IMG/VR virus record: IMGVR_UViG_3300027852_000005
Span: 1 to 63,560 of that record
Reading direction: 5' to 3' (one strand)
Source: a virus
DNA: 63,560 bases
Shown here: one piece after another, positions 26,002-33,572 of the stretch
How positions within the stretch are numbered: position 1 is the stretch's first letter
How the letters are laid out: each line of letters opens with the position of its first letter
The notes under the pieces: generated by a model
Database searches by the model: none
Told to the model about the DNA's origin: nothing
The model's input: only the letters and a program-made list of their open reading frames with translations
Program-made: the position numbers and the translations under genes

Positions 26002-26400
26002 TTATTGTAGACGGTTCGCTTCCAGGATTGGAATCCCCGCTTCGGTCGGGATATAAATCACCTGTCCGGCGCTACCTTGCTCTTCCAGCATCCGGATGTA
26101 CAGATACCGCAGATAGGCTTCTGGACCGCCGAGACCTTCGGCCAGCGCAAGGTTCGACTTCGCCGCGTACTCAGCGCGAGTGAGCTCGGCCTGCCCTTCC
26201 AATTCAGCGGCATCTGCCTTCGCTTGGGCTTCCCGAACCCGCACTTGCCTAGAGAATTCTGCCTCAGCAAGGAAGGGTAGGCCAGACATTTCAGCGCCCC
26301 AGACTTGGACCGTCTTGTAGCCATACCAGACACCAGTAAGTCCAGCAACAAACATCACACTGACAATAAACACTGCGAAAGTCTCAAATACTTTTTCCAT
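26002..26400 (-). CDS. Membrane-anchored SPFH/band-7 (prohibitin-like) C-terminal-type protein (132 aa)
   Basis: It has an N-terminal TM (FAVFIVSVMFVAGLTGVWYGY). It continues ...REAQAKADAAELEGQAELTRAEYAAKSNLALAEGLGGPEAYLRYLYIRMLEE..., reminiscent of HflC/stomatin tails. Confidence 0.4.
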   Translation of the reverse strand: MEKVFETFAVFIVSVMFVAGLTGVWYGYKTVQVWGAEMSGLPFLAEAEFSRQVRVREAQAKADAAELEGQAELTRAEYAAKSNLALAEGLGGPEAYLRYLYIRMLEEQGSAGQVIYIPTEAGIPILEANRLQ

Positions 26401-26420
26401 CTTCTATCTCCGTTATTGCC

Positions 26421-26447
26421 CAAAGGGAAGCGGATGGTCCGCTTCCC
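26421..26447 (-). terminator. Rho-independent-type terminator (GGGAAGCGG-N5-CCGCTTCCC then TTTG)
   Basis: A 9-bp perfect stem between the stop of 26456..26977 and the ATG of 26002..26400. Confidence 0.6.
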
Positions 26448-26455
26448 TCGTTGTC

Positions 26456-26977
26456 TTACGACGCTGTTTCGATGTTGAACGCAGCAGGCCATTGATGACG
26501 CAGCGGCTTGTTCTCATCACTGGCATCATATAGCTGCATGAAATCGACCATCTTGCCTTCCTGACGACTACGCATAATCATCCGCGAAGTCGGGATCATC
26601 ATGCTGGCCAGAATGCGCTTCTCGAGGTTACCGAAATCTACACCAATCAACTGGTGATCGTACAGCCGTTCAATGAAATTTCCGGACACAGTGTCTTCCG
26701 GGACACCATTCTTGAACCGTTCGGCGAGATCCATGGGATCCATGTCCTCGAACTCTTTCATCCGGCGCTTGATCTTCTTGGCGCGGTGCTTGTGATTGCG
26801 CTTCGCAGCCTTGAGTTCATTGGCGTGGCGTTCCCTGATCGCTGCTAGTGAAGCATCGCGGTCACGATCTTGCTTTGCCATTGCGATGTCGGCTTGCGTG
26901 GCGATGTCGGCAAGGATGTCCTCGTTCATCGAGCACATTGCTTCCATGCCTTTCTTCGCGTTTGGTGTGTGACCCAT
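26456..26977 (-). CDS. Hypothetical protein (173 aa)
   Basis: ATG lies behind AGGAG. The central region is basic (KAAKRNHKHRAKKIKRRMK). Confidence 0.6.
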   Translation of the reverse strand: MGHTPNAKKGMEAMCSMNEDILADIATQADIAMAKQDRDRDASLAAIRERHANELKAAKRNHKHRAKKIKRRMKEFEDMDPMDLAERFKNGVPEDTVSGNFIERLYDHQLIGVDFGNLEKRILASMMIPTSRMIMRSRQEGKMVDFMQLYDASDENKPLRHQWPAAFNIETAS

Positions 26978-27001
26978 TTATCTCTCCTAGGTTATGGGTT
27001 T

Positions 27002-27244
27002 CTACTTTCCAGTCATCCGTTTCATGATGTCTGCGATGTTTGCGTCTTTGATACGCTTCACCTCGAGTTGCAGATCAAGCTGGTCGTCAACCAGTTGGTG
27101 CATCTTGACCCGGATCTCTTCCTGCTTCGCGGGATCGTCGGCCTCAACAGCCACATCGAATTCCATCAAAGCGATCTTGCTATGCTTAGAGATAGCCTCT
27201 CCTCGCTGTGCAATTTCCATCAGTTTCTCTACGTCTGTAGCCAT
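27002..27244 (-). CDS. Hypothetical coiled-coil protein (80 aa)
   Basis: ORF-track 27002..27469 trimmed to ATG 27244 (MATDVEKLMEIAQ...). The upstream part of the listed ORF runs through structured element E3. Confidence 0.55.
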   Translation of the reverse strand: MATDVEKLMEIAQRGEAISKHSKIALMEFDVAVEADDPAKQEEIRVKMHQLVDDQLDLQLEVKRIKDANIADIMKRMTGK

Positions 27245-27254
27245 CTTTAGTTCC

Positions 27255-27440
27255 TTTGCGGTAGCGTGGTGGTAATAGGTGGGCGGGGACACGTGGGAGG
27301 ACCAGTGTATGCACCGCCAGACGCGTCCCCCTTGCTGCCGTAGGCTACCACACCAGCCAGCAAGGGGAGACGGTCCCAGACCGCTAATAAGCGGTCCGCA
27401 ATAGCCGCGCTTTATAGTCCCGTGAGCACAAGCGCGGCTG
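27255..27440. repeat. G-rich element E3: four consecutive strong hairpins (candidate structured RNA or REP-like cluster)
   Basis: Plus-strand coordinates: GGGGACACGT(27285-94)/ACGCGTCCCC(27321-30); CCCCTTGCTG(27327-36)/CAGCAAGGGG(27358-67); GACCGCT-AATA-AGCGGTC(27379-96); AGCCGCGCT(27403-11)/AGCGCGGCT(27431-39). Confidence 0.55.
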
Positions 27441-27590
27441 TTCCGTTCTAGAAAGGGTAAAGCAATCAACTGTTTTCCACAGGACTTCCTTACCGTTCCT
27501 TAAATACTTACGTTGAACCTCCCCCGATGGGAGAACTCTTACGGTCTTGGGCCTGTTATAACGAACGCGGCTCCGAGACCATAGTTTCAT
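27384..27590 (-). CDS. Possible small basic protein (68 aa) whose 3' half runs into element E3
   Basis: The ATG is ATGA-coupled to the stop of 27587..27793. The sequence is MKLWSRSRVRYNRPKTVRVLPSGEVQRKYLRNGK.... Confidence 0.35.
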   Translation of the reverse strand: MKLWSRSRVRYNRPKTVRVLPSGEVQRKYLRNGKEVLWKTVDCFTLSRTEQPRLCSRDYKARLLRTAY

Positions 27591-27793
27591 TCAGTCACCA
27601 CTCTGCGAGCGCGGTTTTCATACGTTGCTCGCTTCCAGGATGGTTGCGTTTGGATTTCCACAACCTTAGGTTCAGTATAGGACTGGCCGTTGTAGACCCG
27701 CCAATCGAAATCGTAAGCTGGTGGTGGCGTAGGCACGAAGTCATTCGTAGCAGAACAGCCAGCAGCTAAAAACAGTATCGCTAATAAACGCAT
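27587..27793 (-). CDS. Small lipoprotein (68 aa)
   Basis: Signal peptide plus lipobox: MRLLAILFLAAGC|SATNDF. Confidence 0.6.
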   Translation of the reverse strand: MRLLAILFLAAGCSATNDFVPTPPPAYDFDWRVYNGQSYTEPKVVEIQTQPSWKRATYENRARRVVTE

Positions 27794-27959
27794 TGATGAT
27801 CACCGTTATTGTTCCTAGGACCATACAGCCCAAGGCAAGAGTTATGGCTCCACCTTCTGGAACCTGTCTACCGCGCCAAAGTACGATGCTCATTAAGACA
27901 ATGAACCAAATCCACGCAGTGATGAAAATCTCGAGTCCTACCCGTATGATGTCACACAA
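27741..27959 (-). CDS. Small two-TM membrane protein (72 aa, TTG start, start uncertain)
   Basis: TM segments are IIRVGLEIFITAWIWFIVLMSIVLW and GAITLALGCMVLGTITVIINAFI. Its 3' end overlaps the lipoprotein gene by 53 nt. Confidence 0.4.
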   Translation of the reverse strand: MCDIIRVGLEIFITAWIWFIVLMSIVLWRGRQVPEGGAITLALGCMVLGTITVIINAFISDTVFSCWLFCYE

Positions 27960-28464
27960 ATAATTCTGCTTTCTCTGGCCATCTTGAAAGGAATGGTTCC
28001 TCGGCGCAGGTTTTCAGCCAGCTTTCCGCTTCTCCAAGGAATATCTCTTGATGTTCGTAGCTCTCGAACAAGTGGCCGCTCACTGCTTCCACATAGTCGT
28101 TCAAATTCCACGGCCAGCGATCCGTATCCATACGCATCCAGTCTTGGACTTTATCCTTGGTCGGTGCTGGCTGGCCCATGTTTGTGTGACCCATGATAGC
28201 GGCGGCACAGAGAGTACGTTTGCGAAGGAGACCCTCATAGGTCTTCCGCATGTTGCGAACAGTAATCTTCCCACAGTTAGGAATGCGACCAAGCTGACCA
28301 TCTGTCTGATCATGCATGATTTCCATGAAGTTACTCAAGGTGATGGGATTGTCTTCTTTATACTTCACCCATTTAGCGTACGACATTACCTTGAGAACCT
28401 CGCAGTGATAGGTGTTGGTAAGACAATTCATGGCGCGAACGCCGAGGAGTGGTAACATATCCAT
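27952..28464 (-). CDS. Protein with RNA polymerase alpha-CTD-like helix-hairpin-helix motifs (170 aa)
   Basis: LGVRAMNCLTN (compare alpha-CTD LTVRSANCLK) and a later LGRIPNCGKITVRNMRKTYEGL (compare PNLGKKSLTEIKDVL..GL). Confidence 0.4.
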   Translation of the reverse strand: MDMLPLLGVRAMNCLTNTYHCEVLKVMSYAKWVKYKEDNPITLSNFMEIMHDQTDGQLGRIPNCGKITVRNMRKTYEGLLRKRTLCAAAIMGHTNMGQPAPTKDKVQDWMRMDTDRWPWNLNDYVEAVSGHLFESYEHQEIFLGEAESWLKTCAEEPFLSRWPEKAELFV

Positions 28465-28691
28465 TAGATCACTCCCGCCAAATCAAGGCAAGAACGGACA
28501 GTGTTCGTTGCGCATTCGTCGCACCAGTTGGCACGAGCATCTGGTTCGCAGTCCTGTGTTCCTTTGCAGCTTGTGCAAATTCCAGGAACGATACTATCGA
28601 AGACGTTATCTTCCAGCATCTGCATTGTGTCTGGGTATCCCTCAGCCTCAGCCAAGTCTTCCAGCAAGTTTTGGTCAGTGATGTTGTTCAT
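28464..28691 (-). CDS. Acidic Cys-rich small protein (75 aa)
   Basis: CTSCKGTQDC...WCDEC looks like a zinc ribbon. It lies directly downstream of promoter P5. Confidence 0.55.
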   Translation of the reverse strand: MNNITDQNLLEDLAEAEGYPDTMQMLEDNVFDSIVPGICTSCKGTQDCEPDARANWCDECATNTVRSCLDLAGVI

Positions 28692-28717
28692 GGTAGCCTC
28701 TTAATTAACCTGCAACC

Positions 28718-28759
28718 AGTATGCACTAAAGAGGCAAACAATGACCAGTTCTATTTATC
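28718..28759 (-). promoter_or_regulatory. Dyad-type promoter P5
   Basis: Sense: GATAAATAGAACTGGTCA-N18-CATACT. The upstream gene's TAA (28755-57) lies inside the element. Confidence 0.55.
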
Positions 28760-29054
28760 CAGAGACAACTGCTTCCCAATCTTCGTACTCAAACATCTCT
28801 TCGATGTAAGTCTCTAAGATCAGGATTGTTTCGAGACAGTTCTGCCTTCCAAGATCAGGACGGAATAGTACGCCAACTCGAAACTTGAGCGGTCCTTCCA
28901 TCAGTTCTTGTTCGCCACGCCATCCAGGAAGTTGATCACCCAAGGGAGGTCCATTGTAATGGCCGACACAGGTGAACGGCGTCTTCCCATATCCAGGAGA
29001 CTGGTTCCAAAAGCCGACACGTAGTCCAGCAGATATATGCACGTTGTTCACCAT
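28755..29054 (-). CDS. Hypothetical protein (99 aa)
   Basis: ORF track, downstream of promoter P6. Confidence 0.55.
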   Translation of the reverse strand: MVNNVHISAGLRVGFWNQSPGYGKTPFTCVGHYNGPPLGDQLPGWRGEQELMEGPLKFRVGVLFRPDLGRQNCLETILILETYIEEMFEYEDWEAVVSG

Positions 29055-29065
29055 GTTGATTTGAT

Positions 29066-29105
29066 AGTATCACCCACGCTAGGCGGGTGACAACTTCATT
29101 TTGCT
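29066..29105 (-). promoter_or_regulatory. Dyad-type promoter P6 (degenerate upstream half)
   Basis: Sense: AGCAAAATGAAGTTGTCA-N16-GATACT. The spacer forms CACCCGC/GTGGGTG. Confidence 0.45.
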
Positions 29106-29193
29106 ATGACTTTTTCCACAGCTGATTAATCGTAACTTCCGTGAAATCCGGAGGATTGAGTTCTTGCAGACCCGCTCTTTTTCGCAGTTAATC

Positions 29194-29538
29194 TTAGTCA
29201 TGGTCAACCTCTTGTTCAGCAGCCCATTCGAAAGCATTGTTCACCACGTCAGCGCCGCCAGGAAAGAACGTGGTGAATTGTGTCTCAGTGAGTTCCAGTC
29301 TCGTTTGGGTTCCGTCATCCGTTTCACCGTGATCGATATCAATAAGGATGATGCAGGTTATCTCAAACTCAGCAGGCCATCCCGGTTCTCCAGGATCATT
29401 AAGCGAGTGCATGACGGGAGCCTGTTCTGGCTCGGTCATCACCAAGTCCACATGACAGAGAAAGGCTTTACAGTCACCTTCCAATCCATCCTCGGTATAG
29501 ACCGTGAACTCTTCAAATTCAAAGGTAAAGGAACTCAA
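29194..29538 (-). CDS. Acidic hypothetical protein (114 aa, TTG start overlapping the upstream stop)
   Basis: ORF track; TTGA overlap. Confidence 0.5.
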   Translation of the reverse strand: MSSFTFEFEEFTVYTEDGLEGDCKAFLCHVDLVMTEPEQAPVMHSLNDPGEPGWPAEFEITCIILIDIDHGETDDGTQTRLELTETQFTTFFPGGADVVNNAFEWAAEQEVDHD

Positions 29539-29753
29539 TGGAAGTTCTCCTTCAAGTGAGCGGTGATGTCCTCGGCCGCCTGATGCAACTCGCTGACTTT
29601 GTACTTCTTACCAGTGATCGCACCAGCCATGTCAGCGGCCTTGCGCTTGGTCATCCCGCGCTGTGTCATGCCAGCATGGAGCAGGCGGCAGACGCCTCTC
29701 ACTTGGGCAATGTGGAAATGTTCGAACTGATGTGGTTCAATAATGGTCGTCAT
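29535..29753 (-). CDS. Hypothetical protein (72 aa)
   Basis: ATG lies behind AGGAGG. It is downstream of promoter P7. Confidence 0.55.
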   Translation of the reverse strand: MTTIIEPHQFEHFHIAQVRGVCRLLHAGMTQRGMTKRKAADMAGAITGKKYKVSELHQAAEDITAHLKENFH

Positions 29754-29777
29754 GGTAGCCTCCTAAGTTAATAGAAT

Positions 29778-29819
29778 AAGTATAGCCCAAAGAGGCTACC
29801 ATTGACCATCTCTTTTTAT
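29778..29819 (-). promoter_or_regulatory. Dyad-type promoter P7
   Basis: Sense: GATAAAAAGAGATGGTCA-N18-TATACT. Confidence 0.5.
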
Positions 29820-30073
29820 CGGTCGTTTAGATACTCGGTGTTGATCTCTTCATTTGGATCAACTTGCACAAAGCGAGCAATCTCGAAGAACTCGCTGCAA
29901 GGGCGGGTCCACGTAGGAAAGGACAACGGGCCATCATGTTTATACACCACGACAGGGATCAGGGTTGCCTCTTCAACAGCAAAGGCAATGATCTCGTATA
30001 GATCGTTGGTCTTCTTGTGTCGCCAGTAACCGAACTTCGGAACGTACTGTGAACTTGGATCAGGTATAGTCAT
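29816..30073 (-). CDS. DUF1653-like protein (85 aa)
   Basis: GYWRHKKTNDLYEIIAFAVEEATLIPVVVYKH...WTRPCSEF matches the DUF1653 pattern (Y.H.KG..Y...........VVY......W.RP...F). Confidence 0.55.
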   Translation of the reverse strand: MTIPDPSSQYVPKFGYWRHKKTNDLYEIIAFAVEEATLIPVVVYKHDGPLSFPTWTRPCSEFFEIARFVQVDPNEEINTEYLNDR

Positions 30074-30261
30074 GGCTTTCCCTTATCAATTTCTTTAAGT
30101 AGTTCTTGCGCAACTGCATCAGATATCTTCCATCGAACAGGTTCCATCGCGATTCTCTCATAACTTAGATACCATTGATCAAGATCATCCAATTCTATAC
30201 GTAGATGACGCCATGTATTTCTAGGATCTTCTATACTTCTTATAAATCCAACGTAACTCAA
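30070..30261 (-). CDS. Hypothetical protein (63 aa, TTG start)
   Basis: ORF track; TTGA overlap with the upstream gene. Confidence 0.45.
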   Translation of the reverse strand: MSYVGFIRSIEDPRNTWRHLRIELDDLDQWYLSYERIAMEPVRWKISDAVAQELLKEIDKGKP

Positions 30262-31307
30262 AACGGCGTCTCCAATTCACCAAGTTGTTCAAAGATCTGG
30301 CTATCAATATCCTTCTGACCAGTGTCCCGCAATGCTGAGACAATACGGTCGATCATTGGCTGCGACAACTTGACTTCCTTGAACTTCTCTTGGGTATCCT
30401 CCTCAACTCGACTGTCATAAAAGGATTTCATCCGCTTGGGCAATGCTCCGCCGGAGTGATAACGATAGCCCACCCGAGCGACGTAGGTCGTACCATACTC
30501 ACCATAGTCTGTATCCCAAGGAAGACCCACTTCCCAACAGCTATCGTCCTCGGCATCCATGATCTTGTCAAGCACGCTGACATCAGTGAGTGACTGAAGA
30601 GCCTGCATGACATTGATCTGATCAGAGTATGGCCATTTAGAAGTCCGGTCCTCGGTTAGCTGAACACGGCTTGTGAAGTTATAGGTGAACATCGCAGGCT
30701 TGTCCATATCGGTAACACGAAGTCCACGATAGAACACATGATTGGATGGAGCATCGTAGACTTCGCAGCCACCGAACTCAGCCAGCAGAGTGAGACCCTC
30801 AGGCATGAAGATCACCTCGTCGTTGTAGGCGTTCTCCATCTCTGGACATTCAATACAGATCAACGTCTTACCTTCGTGACCATAGTTGTCTTGGTTCAAC
30901 CAAGACATTCCAGAGGGTGTCTCATCATCAGGTATAAAGCTGTGACCTGCTTCGTCACGTGTGTTGCTCTCCAGTTCACGGACAGCCATCCACGGCTCCC
31001 AGTGCTTGCCGAGTTCTGTCGTGAAGGCCAGTTTCTGATAGGACCAGCGTTTCAGCGGAGAGTTGCGTTTCCGCATCCGGATAAAGCCGAATTCTTTGCC
31101 ACGGAAGTCGTCATCCTTGACGTAGAATTCATATTCGGTTTCGCCCAAGAAGAGGCGAAAGGTGCCACCTAGACGGAGTGTGACAGCGATAGCGTATTTG
31201 AGACCAGTTCCGAAAAACCCTATCGGCGATTCTCCAAGTTTCACGTTGATACCGAACGTGGTCGCCGCTTCCAGCGGCATAAGTCCGTCGTTTTGAAATA
31301 CTAGCAT
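30258..31307 (-). CDS. Hypothetical protein (349 aa), largest early-region ORF
   Basis: Clean ORF with TAATG coupling. It contains GFFGTGLKYAIA and ELESNTRDE, but not in GHKL order, so no confident family call was made. Confidence 0.6.
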   Translation of the reverse strand: MLVFQNDGLMPLEAATTFGINVKLGESPIGFFGTGLKYAIAVTLRLGGTFRLFLGETEYEFYVKDDDFRGKEFGFIRMRKRNSPLKRWSYQKLAFTTELGKHWEPWMAVRELESNTRDEAGHSFIPDDETPSGMSWLNQDNYGHEGKTLICIECPEMENAYNDEVIFMPEGLTLLAEFGGCEVYDAPSNHVFYRGLRVTDMDKPAMFTYNFTSRVQLTEDRTSKWPYSDQINVMQALQSLTDVSVLDKIMDAEDDSCWEVGLPWDTDYGEYGTTYVARVGYRYHSGGALPKRMKSFYDSRVEEDTQEKFKEVKLSQPMIDRIVSALRDTGQKDIDSQIFEQLGELETPF

Positions 31308-31603
31308 TAAGCTTCTCCCTTAATTGCTGCGGCGAGCATTGTCTGGCGGTTCTCAGTGGCCAGTGCAAAGGCTTCATCGCTGCGGCGTTTACGTTCAGTT
31401 ATCCAAGCATCCATGATCTTAGTTTGACCACGGACAATTTCTGCTGCTTCTGGGTCAACAATTTTGATATCCCAAACGAGATCACCAGACAGACGAACGG
31501 CGACTTCTTCAAACTGAAAGTCGAGAAGCCAGTTCTGTTCACCTTCGAACATACACTGGTCAGATCGGTAGGAGAAGCCTTCTTTCAGGTTCGGTTCATC
31601 CAT
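31307..31603 (-). CDS. Hypothetical protein (98 aa)
   Basis: Trimmed to ATG 31603 (MDEPNLKEGF...) behind GGAG. Confidence 0.5.
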   Translation of the reverse strand: MDEPNLKEGFSYRSDQCMFEGEQNWLLDFQFEEVAVRLSGDLVWDIKIVDPEAAEIVRGQTKIMDAWITERKRRSDEAFALATENRQTMLAAAIKGEA

Positions 31604-31817
31604 CGGTTGGCTCCGCTTCAAAGAACCGTTGACCTTCGCCAGTCGGTTGCACGGTCATGTGATCAAAGCCCATCTCATCACCGAGGGCTTTCCATGCGGC
31701 ATTCGCACGTTCCTGGAGAGAAGGAGGTTCACCACATTGGAGCATGATCATAGGGGGAGACTGACACGCAGTGAGGATCTTGTCCAGCTGCTCTTGGGTC
31801 ATTTCGAACTTCTTCAT
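31596..31817 (-). CDS. Hypothetical protein (73 aa)
   Basis: ATGA overlap with the upstream gene. Confidence 0.55.
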   Translation of the reverse strand: MKKFEMTQEQLDKILTACQSPPMIMLQCGEPPSLQERANAAWKALGDEMGFDHMTVQPTGEGQRFFEAEPTDG

Positions 31818-32077
31818 AGGGATGCTCCATCATATCCATGGTCCTGAACGCCTTCTGGGAACATGGTTGAGTTGATTTCACCAGAAGTCTTGGTCTCTTC
31901 GAACCAAATGTCATAGCTGTGAAAGGTGAAGTGTTTCACGTCAATGTGTGGTGTTCGCTCGCGCTGGCAAACTCGCATGACATAGTCGCCCTTGGTGGTC
32001 TTGAAGACATCACCATAAAGCCACTCACCAGTACAGACGAGGTGAACATGCGCTCCGGTCTTGATGCATTGTGTCAT
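31814..32077 (-). CDS. Hypothetical protein (87 aa)
   Basis: Trimmed to ATG 32077 (MTQCIKTGAHV...), ATGA-coupled. Confidence 0.5.
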   Translation of the reverse strand: MTQCIKTGAHVHLVCTGEWLYGDVFKTTKGDYVMRVCQRERTPHIDVKHFTFHSYDIWFEETKTSGEINSTMFPEGVQDHGYDGASL

Positions 32078-32262
32078 CCGAATGTCTCCTCCCATTGCTC
32101 TGGGGTAAAGCCAGAAATCAAGAATTCACGCTCTTCAGAACTTAAATTTGGCATAGCATCCTGAATGAGTACGCCGCTTTTCCAGGCTGAGATCTGCTCT
32201 AGAGTTACATCAATCTCCATGGTACTTTCGCCATAGAACGGGTTTGAATTGGTTATCTGCAT
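32074..32262 (-). CDS. Hypothetical protein (62 aa)
   Basis: ATG lies behind AGGAGG. It is downstream of promoter P8. Confidence 0.55.
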   Translation of the reverse strand: MQITNSNPFYGESTMEIDVTLEQISAWKSGVLIQDAMPNLSSEEREFLISGFTPEQWEETFG

Positions 32263-32284
32263 AGTAGCCTCCTAAGCTGCAACC

Positions 32285-32325
32285 AGTATGCACTCAGGAG
32301 GCTTTCGTGACAAGTTCTACTTATC
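32285..32325 (-). promoter_or_regulatory. Dyad-type promoter P8
   Basis: Sense: GATAAGTAGAACTTGTCA-N17-CATACT, followed by AGGAGG and ATG. Confidence 0.65.
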
Positions 32326-32657
32326 TATGCGTGAGCACCATGCTTCCGCGTATATTTGACAGTTTCGAGTTGACGATGCCGCTTGACTTCACGGCGAGCC
32401 AGCGCGCGTAATACTTGACGGCTCGGCTCCCTCTTGGGATACTTGATCTTAGCGTTGGCTTTACGCTTGGCAGTCATGCGGTTGATCGCACGGTAGAGGC
32501 CAGCGCGTTCTGGTTCCGCCGTCTTGTTGGAGATATTCCAGTTGTTGGCGATCAGCTTCTCGGCCTCAGTCATCCGGCTGGACGGGCTTTCAATGCGAGT
32601 TCCCTTCTTCCGGAAACTGCGGCGAATTTTCTTGGTGATACGTGACATCAATGACAT
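32325..32657 (-). CDS. Highly basic protein (110 aa)
   Basis: Arg/Lys-rich throughout (..KKIRRSFRKKGTR.., ..KRKANAKIKYPKREPSR..). TAATG coupling. Confidence 0.55.
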   Translation of the reverse strand: MSLMSRITKKIRRSFRKKGTRIESPSSRMTEAEKLIANNWNISNKTAEPERAGLYRAINRMTAKRKANAKIKYPKREPSRQVLRALARREVKRHRQLETVKYTRKHGAHA

Positions 32658-33382
32658 TATGTGATCCTTTTCACATTGGAGGTTTTCTTATCGAGCGGAC
32701 GTTGAAGGTTCACCTTATCACCAGCGACCTTCCCTTGACCATAGGCATCAAGGTTGACTTTGTTCCGCCCTGCTGTCTGCTTGCGAAACTTCATCGAAGG
32801 GAGCATGGCTTCCATACCTTGCTCAACGATTACTTCCTTGACTTCCACGAGATCATTACCTGTGCTGTCTACTTGGGCTACTCGTGCTTCTATAAGCTGA
32901 TCAATCTTCTCATTGATACGCTCGGCGAAGCCAATCATGAATGACCAGTATTGTGTATGACGCGACTGATCTGTCTTAACATTCAGCTTGAGGAATTCTT
33001 TCCAACCACGGTTCATGCTGTCGTGGATAAGCCCAAGGAGGAACTCATGCATCGCAACGTCACCGTCAAATCCGAAGATCTCTGTGGTCTTCTTTCCTCT
33101 CACAGTCTGAGATCGACCATTCCACGCCTTGGTTCCACAGTAGCGAGCAATCGTCGTATCGCAGTATTTTTGCGAGGGATGCTCCTGCTTCTGCTTCTGC
33201 TCGAACTCCCCCTGACGCATGTCACGGCTGAATTCAACTGCCTTGAGATCAGCCTCGGTGATACCGTGCTTCTCCATCAGCTTTTCAGCAATGGCCAGCG
33301 CAGCCATCGCCTCTTCTTCTGTTGCACCGTTCTCAGGGATCTTAGCCCTTAGCGCGGCGATCTTTTCAATCATATCGGTCAT
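32657..33382 (-). CDS. DUF2786-like protein (241 aa)
   Basis: The N-terminus IEKIAALRAKIPENGATEEEAMAALAIAEKLMEKHGITEADL matches the DUF2786 helix pattern. Confidence 0.5.
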   Translation of the reverse strand: MTDMIEKIAALRAKIPENGATEEEAMAALAIAEKLMEKHGITEADLKAVEFSRDMRQGEFEQKQKQEHPSQKYCDTTIARYCGTKAWNGRSQTVRGKKTTEIFGFDGDVAMHEFLLGLIHDSMNRGWKEFLKLNVKTDQSRHTQYWSFMIGFAERINEKIDQLIEARVAQVDSTGNDLVEVKEVIVEQGMEAMLPSMKFRKQTAGRNKVNLDAYGQGKVAGDKVNLQRPLDKKTSNVKRIT

Positions 33383-33388
33383 GGTAGC

Positions 33389-33505
33389 CTACTCTTCAGG
33401 TTGTTGTGCGAGCATCCCCTCCAAGTAGTGCGGAGGGGCAATTGCATATCCGAGTTGGATCAGCGCATCAGCCGCCCATGCTCGCAGAAAGTTAATAAAG
33501 TACAT
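33389..33505 (-). CDS. Possible 38-aa peptide (MYFINFLRAWAADALIQLGYAIAPPHYLEGMLAQQPEE)
   Basis: Hand-found. AAGGA is the RBS. It lies between promoter P9 and the next ATG. Confidence 0.35.
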   Translation of the reverse strand: MYFINFLRAWAADALIQLGYAIAPPHYLEGMLAQQPEE

Positions 33506-33531
33506 TGAGCGGTCCTTTGTTTGTGTAAGCC

Positions 33532-33572
33532 AGCCTAACTCAAGGACCACCCTATGACCAACTCTATTGTTC
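33532..33572 (-). promoter_or_regulatory. Dyad-type promoter P9
   Basis: Sense: GAACAATAGAGTTGGTCA-N17-TAGGCT. The upstream TAG (33564-66) lies inside the element. Confidence 0.5.

Noticed and set aside
27245-27590. tRNA or tmRNA interpretation of the hairpin-rich region
   Set aside because: The stems are 7-10 bp with 4-nt or very large loops. There is no 7-nt anticodon loop, T-arm consensus or tag-ORF pattern on either strand.
30258-31307. GHKL/HATPase assignment for the 349-aa protein (GFFGTG and ELESNTRDE motifs)
   Set aside because: The motifs occur in the reverse order to the N-box, G1, G2 order of GHKL ATPases, and no DxGxG motif is present. The resemblance is probably fortuitous.
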